A DNA stretch of 64,000 nt, taken from NCBI GenBank assembly GCA_004764695.1, contig SMSO01000035.1:1550001-1614000 (forward strand). Direction: 5' to 3'. Shown here piece after piece: positions 11,199-22,693 of this stretch. A program made the position numbers and the translations under genes. Origin of the DNA: Schizochytrium sp. TIO01 (taxonomy: Eukaryota; Protista; Bigyra: Labyrinthulomycetes). Within the stretch, counting starts at the first letter, position 1; each line of letters starts with the position of its first letter. Under the pieces are notes generated by a model. That model had not been told where the DNA came from. It did not search any database and saw nothing but the letters and a program-made list of their open reading frames with translations.

Positions 11199-14100
11199 CA
11201 TTACAAATGCTTCGACTGACTGGCCAACTTCCGCGGCGTCTCACGTTGCAAGGCGATTACTCGGGCCTGGCTGAGACACAAACAAACAAGTTTCGCACGA
11301 AGGCCTTTGTTGATGCCAGAGCCTTCGAGGGGGCCTCGTTTTCACCTCGGCTGTCTGCGGTTTTCACTCCATTCCTGACGCCAAAACTACCGTGAGAGAT
11401 GGTGCTTTTGGTCCTTTGGACTACCTGAGCTTTGGCTGTTTTGATCTGTAGACACAGCTCCTTGGAAACAAAACAAACTCTGGTAGTAGAGTCCTTGTCT
11501 CTGTCTGTCTGTCTTTCTTTGTTTTCTTTGTTTCTTGTTTCTTTGTTTCTTTCTTTGCGCATTCGCTCATCCATCCCTTCAGGCTCTGAGCCGCTTCCGT
11601 ATCGGCACCCTGCACTGAATACGCGGAGGAAGGGCGTCGCGAATCACGATCCTGAGGAAGGAAGCGCTGCGATCTTCGAGCAAGCGAGACACGCAATCTG
11701 CACAAGTAACTTGTGCAGCGCCGCGCAGAGTCGAGTCCTACCTCTTGCTTGGTCATACATGTATGTAAAGTTGCACTGGGACTCGAGGCAATCAATCGAT
11801 GATGTTCATAGATCTACTGCTGCTTGTGGCCACAGCTTTCACCTGAGCGCTCGAGAGGGCCCGCTGGGTTTGCAAGCTAGTTCGGGCTGGGCAGAGCAAT
11901 TAACAAAAGGTCTTCGAGACTTGAATGCGATGGAAACTTTGCAGGCGAGCGAGCAACATCTTGATGAACTTTTGTTGGTTCATGAGATCTTAGTGGATCA
12001 GCAAACAAAGAATTATTTTAAGGCTCGCTCAACCGAACTCGGAAAAGAAAAGGTTTCATTTCTTTAATTTTTATTGCCTACACTCAAATATACATACTAT
12101 GTATATATTTTTATTTATTTTTTAGTCAGAAAAATTAAGTTGAAGGCATCAGAAATCCCGTCAGTAGTAGTAGTAGTAGTAGTAGTAGGAGATGGCACGA
12201 GCTATAAAAGAGAAGGAAGGACCGAAATGAATGGAGGAAGGAAGAAGGGAAGGAAAGGACTGAGATTGATCAAGACCACAACCCCAAAAGTTTCTTGGAT
12301 GAGGACTTCCTTAGCATCCAATACAGGCTTGCTGGTGAGAGCCTGCCATGTGTCTAATATTGGGAATGTGTGGCTAACAACACCGTCAATCTCCTACTTT
12401 ATTATTTTGTTAGAGCCATTGCCATGATTGAACGGCCTTCTTTCCAATGGCCATTCACAAGTTGTCTGTCTGCTTGTCCGCACACCTTTTATTGCAGGTT
12501 TACTCTTTAACTTATTTTTACCATTATCATAAGATTGATGTTGTATTTTTAATTAAAACAAATAAAAAATAAAAAATAAAAAAAGAGAAGAGAAGAGAGA
12601 AAACAGTGAGATCTTCCATACATACGTTACTCTGTGAGCAACCAGCAATCTCAAATTAAAGATTCGTGTTTGCGTTTCTTGAGATCCTCAACTTCTAACT
12701 TTTGTTGGAAATGCCAAGCATCAGAAGTCCTCGTATTAAGCTCGTAGGTTCATACCTTCTCGTACTAGTAATTGAGTTTCTGCAATTTTGCAATAGTTGA
12801 AATGAGGAGACAATGAATACCTTTGCTCTAACTAATTTCGTATTGGCTCCTTGTACCTTTCTGTGGAAGGTAATCTTTTAGTGTCAACATAATAGGTCTT
12901 GTTGGTTCTTTACTGAAAAAGATAAGCGTCGAATCTGACAAATTATGATGGGTTACGCAAGCACTGATCCACTAGCTCAACCCGACGATTAGCATCTTAG
13001 AGAAAGAACTGTATCAGGCAAGAAGTCTCCTTTGCTGAGACATGATATCGCATCTCAAAGTATGAACGAACACCCGCCTTAAATGTATTTCCCATCTTCT
13101 TGCAATTGCAAAAAAAAAATATGTCTCAACATATATGATTTGCAGCAATATGACTATAAGTATCATGCGCCTCTAGAACTTTAACAATTGTAGGTCCTAG
13201 GTAGGCCAGTTAGCCTCGTTCGAGTGCTTCTACCACACAATTTGGCTTCTGTGTGTTTTAGTGGCAAGAGTTTACAATAAGCGCTAAAAGAGCTCCGAGC
13301 ACTTTTATAAATAGGATTTTGCTTCCGACAATTGTCTTCATATTATTTCTCTATCACCAAAACGTGCCTTGGTCTGCAGATGATAGCTTATGACAGAGAA
13401 TAGTGATTTGTTCTTATGACATTCATCAATTCCTCCACAAGCTCGGTTGCCCTAGGTGTTAAAGGTCCATTAAAAAGATAAATCCCAGTTGTCAAAGGTT
13501 ATCGATGCTCATAGTTGTAAAACTATATTTCTACATAGACTATTTTAGAAAACGTTTTAAAACGTTTTTTAAAAAATAAGTTTTTATTTAAAAGTCTTTA
13601 CGACAAGAACAACAAAAGTCTTTCCATGGTAGAAACTGAATAAAATTTGAAAGGAAGTTTGGGATGAAGAATGTGAGGAAGCTCATACTCAGTAGTTGTT
13701 TCAAAAAAAGTTCAACAAGCAATTGCAAATAGCTACTACATGTTATTCATTCATTCTTTTCTTTTTTATAATTAAAAAGTTGTTCAATTAGTCTTTCATT
13801 TGTCTACTTTGGCAGAACCACTTAATTTCTTCTTCAATAGTCTTGGGCTTGCCTGAGAAATAGCTCATATCAGTAAATGGTATTTAGTAGAGGTTTTTAT
13901 TGTGATACAAAAGTGTGAGCTACTCTTATGAATTAATTCTTTTACATTACCAACAACTCCTAAGAACATGTCGCTCATAATACAGAAACTGCAAAGCAAT
14001 TGCAATGTAGGGACAAATAGTACTATGACGCAGTGGCAGTTGAAGATCAGTCCATGTGCCAGTTTTACACTCTTGCGTTCCCCCTTGATTGTTTCTATTT

Positions 14101-15413
14101 CCTCCCCTTAACTTTTGGTAAAGAAAGAGTGAAGAGTTTTGACAACAGACAACATTGACTGCAACTGCGCAGGAGAGGACCCACACACTTTGATTGCCCT
14201 GTTTCCAGGTTCGAGAATGCTGTCAAGACCTCTGAAGATAAATAAATCTGGCAGTAAGCATTGATTTTGACTGGACAACACGAACTGGGCGATCTGTATA
14301 GCTACAAGAGAGGAAGAAATGATTGTGGGCAAAAAAAATGAGCAAGTCGTATTTTGTGGCTCTTCTGATCCTGGCAAAATGAAGCTAAATCTAGCATCTA
14401 GATGATCAAGGTTTGCATGTGATGCCGCATTAGGATGCTGAACAACATGAGAGTGAACAAAAAGTAATCAATTTTAGAAGGGTTATCAGGATAACGACAA
14501 ACAGTTGTTTCTGATAAGCCTCCAGCAGGGAACTCTGAAAGTTATGTTTGTGAGCATAATCACCAAAGGGATCCAGAATCGAGTGCCTTTTCTTCATTCC
14601 AACCGGTGGGACTAGTCGACGTAAGACCAATCACAATGAGAGCAAGCTAGAGTCTCCAAAATGCTTGTAGAGTTTTTGCTATAGTCATAGTTATGATCAT
14701 TCATACCTTATGCAAACTTCACTACTCTATATTTCTTCAGGCAACAGTGCAAATAGACGTACATTTGCCTAGGTAAAAAACGCCCCAGTTCTAGTCAGCA
14801 ATGCATAGTTCTGCAACTAATTCATCTAAACAGGTTTAGCGGAGACTTCTATGTTTTCTCGACCCCATTTCAATCAAGTAAATACAGTAAAATATAATAT
14901 GAACTAGATGACATAAAGTGATACATTTTCTTTTCTAATACCGGCCAAAAGATTGGTTTGTTTAAGATGGCTATCGATGCCCCATTATTCCTTTCATTGG
15001 TGTAACAAGCAAGTATAAAAGCCATGGTTGATTCGTGATTATAGCCATCACTTCCAGTGATCTGCTCATATTGGCAAGAGATCTATTTTGACCGGGAAGT
15101 CAAAGGTTTCAACTCTTGTCACAGAAGGTGGAGAAATACTAAGTGCTAGTTGTTTAGATCTATAACCTTAACAATTTATCTAGTAGAGTAATTTTCTAAT
15201 TGGAAGGCAACTAAACTACCTAACATAAACGGTAAGAGTAATAGGCCTACATAGTACGTAGAAAGGTACTAGTATTACCTATTCAAAAGTTGACCATAGT
15301 CGATAGCAGGTATGTACTTCCCTTCTCTTAACGCAACATGACGTTTTAGAGCTGGGTCGTAGGACCTGAACATCTTGAAACGTCAATCAAACCTGCAATC
15401 AAGACTACCCACC

Positions 15414-16439
15414 ATGAGTACGAAAGGCAGTCCAACAACCGACCAAGCTCTGCAACAGATAAGCAGTGAACCCAAGTCGAAACGCAAAACTGCATCCTCG
15501 GGTGGAGCAACATCGTGGCCACAACTTGACCCACGTCCCACATATCCAGCTTGGGGCAAATGGATTTATAAGACAACAGTTGCTTACACACGTGCACCAC
15601 TTTTGCTTGCACTCTCCTGCAAGGCAACGTACCCCTTGTACGCATGTTTAGTCAAGCTTCTCAGAAGTAAGGGACTCAGTGATGCTATAATCTTTGGACT
15701 TTTCACATGCGTGACACACTCATGCAGCTATAGCATCTTCAATGGTTTTTTTGCAGCTTGCGATAGATTAAAGATTTTGCAACAGTATAAATTGCAAGCA
15801 GGCCGGGCTCAAACACCTTCAAATAAACTTATTCAGCAAACACTATTCGAGGCATTTCTGGGTCAATTTGTTTTAGGCCCCATATTAGCTGTAGCTAGTT
15901 TTCGCGTCTTCCGTAAGATGGGTATGCCAGAGCTTACAAGCTCACTACCTAGTCTATTGGAGCTTTACAAGTCTTTTGTATTAGCTCACTTATTCAACGG
16001 GTTCTTCTTCTATTGGTCTCACAGGCTAGTTCACCACAAAAAATTGTACCGTGCTATTCACAAACAACACCATAACTATATTGAGACTATTGGAATTGCT
16101 GCCGAATACGCTTCGCCGACAGAGCAAATTGTAGCAAACTACATCCCCTCGATTGGTGGTGTCATACTTTTTGGAAGACATCCTTTGATCTTCTTCTCAT
16201 GGCTCTTCTTTAGGTTAGTAGAAACCTATGAAGCTCATTCTGGATACTATTTTGGTCATACTTGGCTGGCTAAGATAGGATTAACAAATTCTGAAAACAG
16301 CGCATTCCATTTTTCGCATCATTTACAGAATCGAGGCAACTTTGGTTCATGGCATATGGATTATCTTTTTGGAACTATGGATGCTTGGATCGCTGCTGGA
16401 GATACAGACGCCTATGTTGCTCAATACTTAACAAAATAG
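15414..16439 (+). CDS. Fatty acid hydroxylase/sterol desaturase superfamily, C4-methylsterol oxidase (ERG25/SMO)-like
   Basis: His boxes HRLVHH, HKQHH and HFSHH; also AAEYASPTE, ETYEAHSGY and GNFG..MDYLFGT. First ATG (ACCATG) is at 15414. Confidence 0.88.
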   Translation: MSTKGSPTTDQALQQISSEPKSKRKTASSGGATSWPQLDPRPTYPAWGKWIYKTTVAYTRAPLLLALSCKATYPLYACLVKLLRSKGLSDAIIFGLFTCVTHSCSYSIFNGFFAACDRLKILQQYKLQAGRAQTPSNKLIQQTLFEAFLGQFVLGPILAVASFRVFRKMGMPELTSSLPSLLELYKSFVLAHLFNGFFFYWSHRLVHHKKLYRAIHKQHHNYIETIGIAAEYASPTEQIVANYIPSIGGVILFGRHPLIFFSWLFFRLVETYEAHSGYYFGHTWLAKIGLTNSENSAFHFSHHLQNRGNFGSWHMDYLFGTMDAWIAAGDTDAYVAQYLTK

Positions 16440-16825
16440 ATTATATTTAATAATGAACGACACAGCTTTACCTGTACTGTCTCTCTTGACGGTTCATATT
16501 TTTACTGGCATAATTATTCCCTGATGAAAACTAGCAAATCGGGACACTTCGATCGTTTTAACTGAAGTGGCTTTCCTATCTATTATTTATGCAATAATTG
16601 AGTAAATACCAGTTCTTGAGCCTTGTGGCATAGGGGCAACAGGAAAAATGACATGGTATATGCGGACAGTTAGTTATCAGTGAAACTGCTTGGAATTCTA
16701 AATTGGAGATAATAGAAAAAATTTCAACACAAGCAAAACATGTTTAAGCGATAAAATGTTTTGTGCATCGTTAAACCAGGGAAGTGACGAACATGCTTGG
16801 CTATAGTCAAACCAAATGGATGTGC

Positions 16826-18883
16826 TTAAAAAGCTCCAGCCACCTGCGAATCAAAGGATGACATTTGGGACATCTGGGACATCTGAGACATCTGGGATGC
16901 GTTGTTAATATCTTTGGGATTCGTATTTAAAGAACCAAGCGTCTCCTCGTGAATGTTTAAAAGTCTAATAAAGTCTGACTGAGGCACTCGAAGGCTCAGC
17001 ACTGGGGCTTTAAGAAGCACGCAACAGTCAGGTCTTAGAATTGCAACCAAAAAGTACCGAAATTGAAATATTCCGAGAAGCATTAGCAGTGATTGGACCA
17101 GGTCATGGTACAGCAAACTTATCCCGAACAAGGAGATACCTTTTGAATGCGAACTTTCGATGTCTCCAAACAAATAGTTCCGGTAAAGACCAAACCACAT
17201 ACTGCATGTAACTGAAAAATTAGCTCCCAAGCCAATACCCCGCGAACGCTTTCTAACAATAAATGATGGCCACGCATCAATAAAAGTACCAATAAAAACA
17301 ATCCACGTTTGAGATAATATCACCAGAACGCCACGCCACGAAACAATAAGCAGTAGAGACAGTGTGCATGCCGTTTGCAGCATTATGTAAAACCGCACCT
17401 CGAATTGACTCGAAACAATTTTGCAAAGAAGGGTATTTGCGAGCAAAAAGGTGGTCATCACTCCCCATAGGGAAAGACCCAAGATAAACATCCACAAAGG
17501 ATATTTCTGGCCAGTTTCTGTGTGAATGTCTAATAATAGAAGTGTGTAATAGATGCCCAATGCTGTAAATGCAATGATCGAGAAAAATGGAACCCGTTTA
17601 TGTAGTATATATGGAATATTGCCCATTCTCCGTCCAAAGAAAAAGGTACCAATCGTTTTCTTTGTTCTAACAGGGAACGGGGGCACAGGAGAGAATAAAA
17701 TGCGTACAAATGGATCCGTATCATCAGGAATTGCATATTTGGGGGTAACAGTTTGCCTTCGTTCCCATGCCTCAGTGATTTGTAATTGCTCTCGTAAAGC
17801 TTGAAGATCATTGATCTGAGCCTGAAATATCTGCATTTTTGAGTGTATTGACACAAGCCGAGTGCGACCTTTTAGCATTGCATAGAACAAATGGAAACAA
17901 TACAATGAAACATTCAATGACCATCCTGCGACCTTCGTTGGAAAGGTTCCGAAACCATGGTCTTCTTCCTCGCTGTCAGCAGAATCTACTCGGGTTCCGA
18001 ATCTGATTAAAGTATCGATACTGGTTAGGAGATAAATGCTAGCGCAAATTAGGAGACATATTTTCAAAGAGCTGCGGATTCTCCCTGGTAAAGCGTCCCA
18101 AATAATACTCACAAAAGTTTCGCATGCAATAATTATACTAATAGCCCCTTGATAAGGATTATCCTGTAATGTAGTCAGACCTATCGCAGTCCCTGCAAGG
18201 TTGGCTAGTACATAAAGTGGCATGAACGATGTTACAATGGACCGTAGCATATCAATTTGTACATATAGCATCGGAAAGAGCATCGGGATTGTTGACAGAC
18301 AGAGCAATAATGCCACAAAGAATTTCTTGAGGTAGTAAAAGTAAAGTATCGCTGCAGCGCACAATATCATGACAATAATGAAAGGAACTGAAGAGCCCCA
18401 CTTCATCCGTCGCAGAATGTCCCAAACTCCTAATTTCCCTGCAATTGTATTCGACGAAGAAATAATAGTTGGGCGCAAGACTGGATAGAGATATCGGACC
18501 TTCCGATATCGTTCGTTGGAGTTTAAGCGTGAGGCCAGTCTTAATTTTTGAATGGCTATTGTACCTCGTTTTACCCAACCATTTACAGCAACAGTTCCAG
18601 TCCGAGGCTTTTTCCCTTTAACTGATTCTTCAGGTATGATCTCATCTGACTGACTAAAGTTTTGCAGTTCCTTTATCAATTTCAGCTCATCTTTCGTTTG
18701 GGATCGCTCAAGAACACTGACTCCTTCACTCTGAAGAGCAGGTAATGACTTGTTCGAGTTGATCAGTGGCTCAGGTGCAATTTTTGTAGTACAGCCTCTG
18801 CTCAAAGCTGGTTCGTTGTTAGAGTCGCCAGCGCCTTCGCAATTGTTGCGCCTGGAGGCACTACCTGAAGTGCCTCTAGTCAT
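16826..18883 (-). CDS. Multi-pass membrane protein with two internal repeats, function unknown
   Basis: 685-aa ORF with many hydrophobic segments arranged in two similar halves (WDALP / IDAWP). C-terminal SQM tandem repeat. Confidence 0.8.
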   Translation of the reverse strand: MTRGTSGSASRRNNCEGAGDSNNEPALSRGCTTKIAPEPLINSNKSLPALQSEGVSVLERSQTKDELKLIKELQNFSQSDEIIPEESVKGKKPRTGTVAVNGWVKRGTIAIQKLRLASRLNSNERYRKVRYLYPVLRPTIISSSNTIAGKLGVWDILRRMKWGSSVPFIIVMILCAAAILYFYYLKKFFVALLLCLSTIPMLFPMLYVQIDMLRSIVTSFMPLYVLANLAGTAIGLTTLQDNPYQGAISIIIACETFVSIIWDALPGRIRSSLKICLLICASIYLLTSIDTLIRFGTRVDSADSEEEDHGFGTFPTKVAGWSLNVSLYCFHLFYAMLKGRTRLVSIHSKMQIFQAQINDLQALREQLQITEAWERRQTVTPKYAIPDDTDPFVRILFSPVPPFPVRTKKTIGTFFFGRRMGNIPYILHKRVPFFSIIAFTALGIYYTLLLLDIHTETGQKYPLWMFILGLSLWGVMTTFLLANTLLCKIVSSQFEVRFYIMLQTACTLSLLLIVSWRGVLVILSQTWIVFIGTFIDAWPSFIVRKRSRGIGLGANFSVTCSMWFGLYRNYLFGDIESSHSKGISLFGISLLYHDLVQSLLMLLGIFQFRYFLVAILRPDCCVLLKAPVLSLRVPQSDFIRLLNIHEETLGSLNTNPKDINNASQMSQMSQMSQMSSFDSQVAGAF

Positions 18884-19911
18884 GGCGCTCAGCGCTCAGA
18901 GCCACCAGGTTTTACTCTCCTGGTGTCATAGATATGTGCTACCTCGCTAGATGTGTTGTACTTTTTTGGCAGGTCCGAGCAGCTCTTGATCCTTAGTCTT
19001 CAAAGGTTTGTTTCACAGTATCCATTGTACCTGTCTGCTCGTAGTCTGGGTAGTACTGAGAAGAAGCCACATCCTGCTTAGTTACTAATAGTTCAATTGT
19101 CTTGTTTCTTTTGTGTTCATTTCTGAGTCCTTCTCAACGATTGAATTGAAGAACCACTAGAAAAAATAACACTAGAGGCTTTACAAGATTTATATAACGA
19201 TATAGAACTGTCTTGGTGGTAGTTTCTCATAAACGGATAAAAATGTTTAAAACTCCTTGACTAAAGAAAAAAAGGCTGGAACAAATATCTCCCACACTGT
19301 ATCACATCAAGTGATCCCCTCCCCCGCTTGCGTACCTTCTAGGCTATTTCTGAAAACCATCATCACTTGTTGAGTCATGTGGAAGGCGCTTATTTTGGGT
19401 CCAGAGATTATTTATCTTTGGAATTGCCTTGTTACTTTACATCCCAATCCAGTTGTAACGTCAAATTCCAGTGGGTGTTAACCTGTAATTGAAACCCTAT
19501 ACCAGTTTTCGTTTATGTCGAAATTACCATCCTTCCTAACATCAAAATCTCAGCACCACACAACTCACCAATACAGAATACCTTAGGTTATCTGTAGAAA
19601 CCCTGGCAAGATGTTCTAGTCAGTTGTCTCTTCATACACTCTTTCAAACTTGCTCAAATTATCAACGGATAGTAATATTTGATTTTAATTTAAAAACGAG
19701 ACATAGTGTGCACTTTTAGAACATTAGATAAGAACGCTGCTCCTTTGCCTCCGCTTTTTCTTGTGTGCTTGTCAAATCTTTTCAACCCGTTCCAGTTGTA
19801 CTAGAGAGTCAAACGTCCACGCTTCTGCTCAATATTTCAAAATAAATAACAAAAATAGATGAGCACATCAAACGCCATCTGCCCGATACTATAATCACTT
19901 TCGTACAAAGG

Positions 19912-21183
19912 ATGGATTGTCCTCACAAAGAGGTTTCGATTCAATTGATTGGAACAGAGCCTCTGCTTGAAAGTAAACGATGTGGATATCTTGAAAGGTC
20001 GAATTTAATTCACACAAAAGCAACGTCTGATTCCATCGAATGGGATCGTGCGTACGATTACCGTGAAACTCGGACTCATCTGAACGTTAAGAGCAATCCT
20101 GCTTCTTGGACTTATAAAGCTCGGCGACGAGCTTTAGAGAACACTACCAAGAACCAATGGACCAAACTGCTTGATTGGGCAGGCAGAGATGAAACCAGAG
20201 TTTATCTTCATAGACGAAATCTGCGCAAAATCTTGCGAAATTTGCAAATCAAACTAAGTGACCGTGAATTTCGAGAGCTCTGGTGTTGCCTATCCGAATC
20301 TGTCCCAGGCTATGCTAAAAAGCTCGTACCTTTAGACAGACTAGAAGATGCGATTCAACCTGAGCATAGCTTGGAGATAGGATCCATTGAAGACGGGTTC
20401 CTTGGGTATGTTTCGAAGGCCCTTCGCAGAGGGCTGCATCCTGGTGAGATCTTTGCTACACTTTTCCCTGTAGAAGGTTATATTGATCTTGATGATTTGG
20501 CATCTGCAATCCAATCCTGTGGTTGTAAAGCCCCCCGTACCCTTGCGCGCCAATACTTTAGTGAAATTGATATTGGAAGGAAAGGTCAGCTACACTACGA
20601 CGACTTTCTTGTTTGGTTGAACAAGCTTAAATTATTGCCCCGGAACGAGGAAGTAAGAAGTACCAAAAACGTCAACAAAGAACCTTTGACATATGATGGG
20701 TACGCATACAGAGATTTGAGTTGGAAGGGTTATAATCTTCGAGCAAAATCAGATCGGCGAGCTGCCGTTCAGGGCATACTTCTCTTCATTGTACGTCAGG
20801 CGTTTGCTCGAGAGCGCAACTTAGCTCGACATAAGAGTTTCAAATCTCTAATTCGAGCTTTTCCGCCAGTTTTGCATGAATCACTTGTTGTGCGAAGCTT
20901 AAAACAAAAGGGGATTACTTTTTCTAGTGATCATATGAAAATTTTTATTGCTGCGTTCGAACCATCTGTCGGGAACGAAATCAACTCACGAAACTGGCTT
21001 CAACTGATTTATGATCGTCCAGAGAAGCTTTCCCAACTCAAGAAACTACATTCTAATCCATTTAATGGTTTACAGAAAAATGCTCTTTGGGCTCTTAAGA
21101 ACTCTTACGCGAGTGACCAGAGTCAGAATGACAACGCCGAAGCAGAAAGTGACACGAGTAGCATTAGTAGCATTCGTAGCATC

Positions 21184-21263
<80 letters not shown>

Positions 21264-22674
21264 CAATCGTAGTATCAACACCCCTCCTGACAAATCAAGG
21301 AATAATACTCAGACCAGGTTAGACTTTGATACATGCATTGAAGCTTTCCCACATCTACGGAACTCTGCAAGATGGAATTTTCAAGCTCAGGATGAAAATG
21401 ATGAAAATGAAGCAATAGGTCGTCAAATTTCCACCTCTCTACATCTTTCAGAAAATCAAGATGATGGCAGCCATAAAAATTATCAACTTCAAAGGAATCG
21501 TGATAAAGCGGATGAAAGGGAAGACCATACTCTAATGAACAACAAGGTTGAGAAAGCACTGGACTCAAATGGTCTGCCTTGGGAAACCTCGGTGGGTATG
21601 TACGCTCAAGAGCGTCTCTACCATGGCAAAACTGTATTTGTAGCTGAAGACTCCCGAGTGTATATCCCGTCGCATTATCGCGGGCATCCACCGCGATGTT
21701 TAGGTCGCTGGGCAAAGCTGAAGATAGAAGAAGATGGGAAAGCTGAAGAAAATGACGCTGATGATGATATTTGGACAGTGATATCTGACAGCTCCGAAGA
21801 TGGATCGGATTCTGAAATTGGTTCTGGTGACGATGTTATCCAAAAAGCAAATGTGATTCATTACCAAGGCCTAGACAAACGTGATCCAAACATTGCCTTC
21901 TCCACAGAGAGCAGCGATGATGATTGCGATTCTGTCCAGAGTGAATCTTACCTGCGATTATCAATCTCTATTGTACCTCCTCAGGTCAAGGACCTTGGTT
22001 TTGAGGTTGTCTCTACCTCTGACCAGGACTCTATGCCCCGGTCTCGAAGCCTTTCTTCTTCAATGTCGGCCAGACTTACTCGTAATTCGAGAGCAACATT
22101 GAAACCTTCATCATCACAATCATCTTCAACTTCCTCTGCACGCCTTCGGAAGAAAACCATGTCCTCAAACCTTCGCATGACCAACTCCAATCTCTTCTGG
22201 CGGGTCTCAGCCTACCCTTGGGATCTTGGAACCCACGAAAGTAAACATTGGAGCGTCTTCGCTTCTCACACTTCAACAACCTGTAAAAAGGCAAATTCCT
22301 TAAATACAAGACCAAAACAAAACCCAAACCGAGACCAAAGCTTAAACACTATACACTCGGGTAAGTTGAGCGGGGCAGAAGCGCCAGGGCTAGTCCTACA
22401 AATACCGACACAGAGGTCCTTGACGCTGACGGAGATCCGTAGGCACGCTAAGCACGGCAAGATTGCGGCACCTCATTTGATCGTGGAACTCGTGCAGAGA
22501 ACCGGCTATATGGGGCGGAGGACCTCTTTGAAGTGCCTCGGTTCCGATTGCATTCCGCTCGGAGCGCTACTATCTGGGAACAAGTCCTGTAAGCGCGTTG
22601 AGGCACTGCATCTGGTAAGCTTGAGGCCGCGGCTGGAGTTTCACGCCATTGTGCAAGCCACCTGGGAAGACTGA
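19912..22674 (+). CDS. EF-hand-like, poly-Ser protein with possible C-terminal C2-like domain
   Basis: 920-aa ORF. EF-hand-like loops YFSEIDIGRKGQLHYDDF and EGYIDLDDL; poly-Ser tract; C-terminal LIVELV...CLGSDCIPLGALL resembles C2 strands (weak). Confidence 0.72.
21184..21264 (+). repeat. Coding (AGT)13-AGG-(AGC)n repeat encoding S13-R-S13
   Basis: Directly visible inside the 19912-22674 CDS. Confidence 0.95.
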
Positions 22675-22693
22675 TAGTTCTACTCCATCGCTC

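Noticed and set aside
10766-12427. ORFs of 105-211 aa, including poly-L and poly-V
   Set aside because: Largely derived from simple repeats, mostly non-ATG starts, no recognisable domain.
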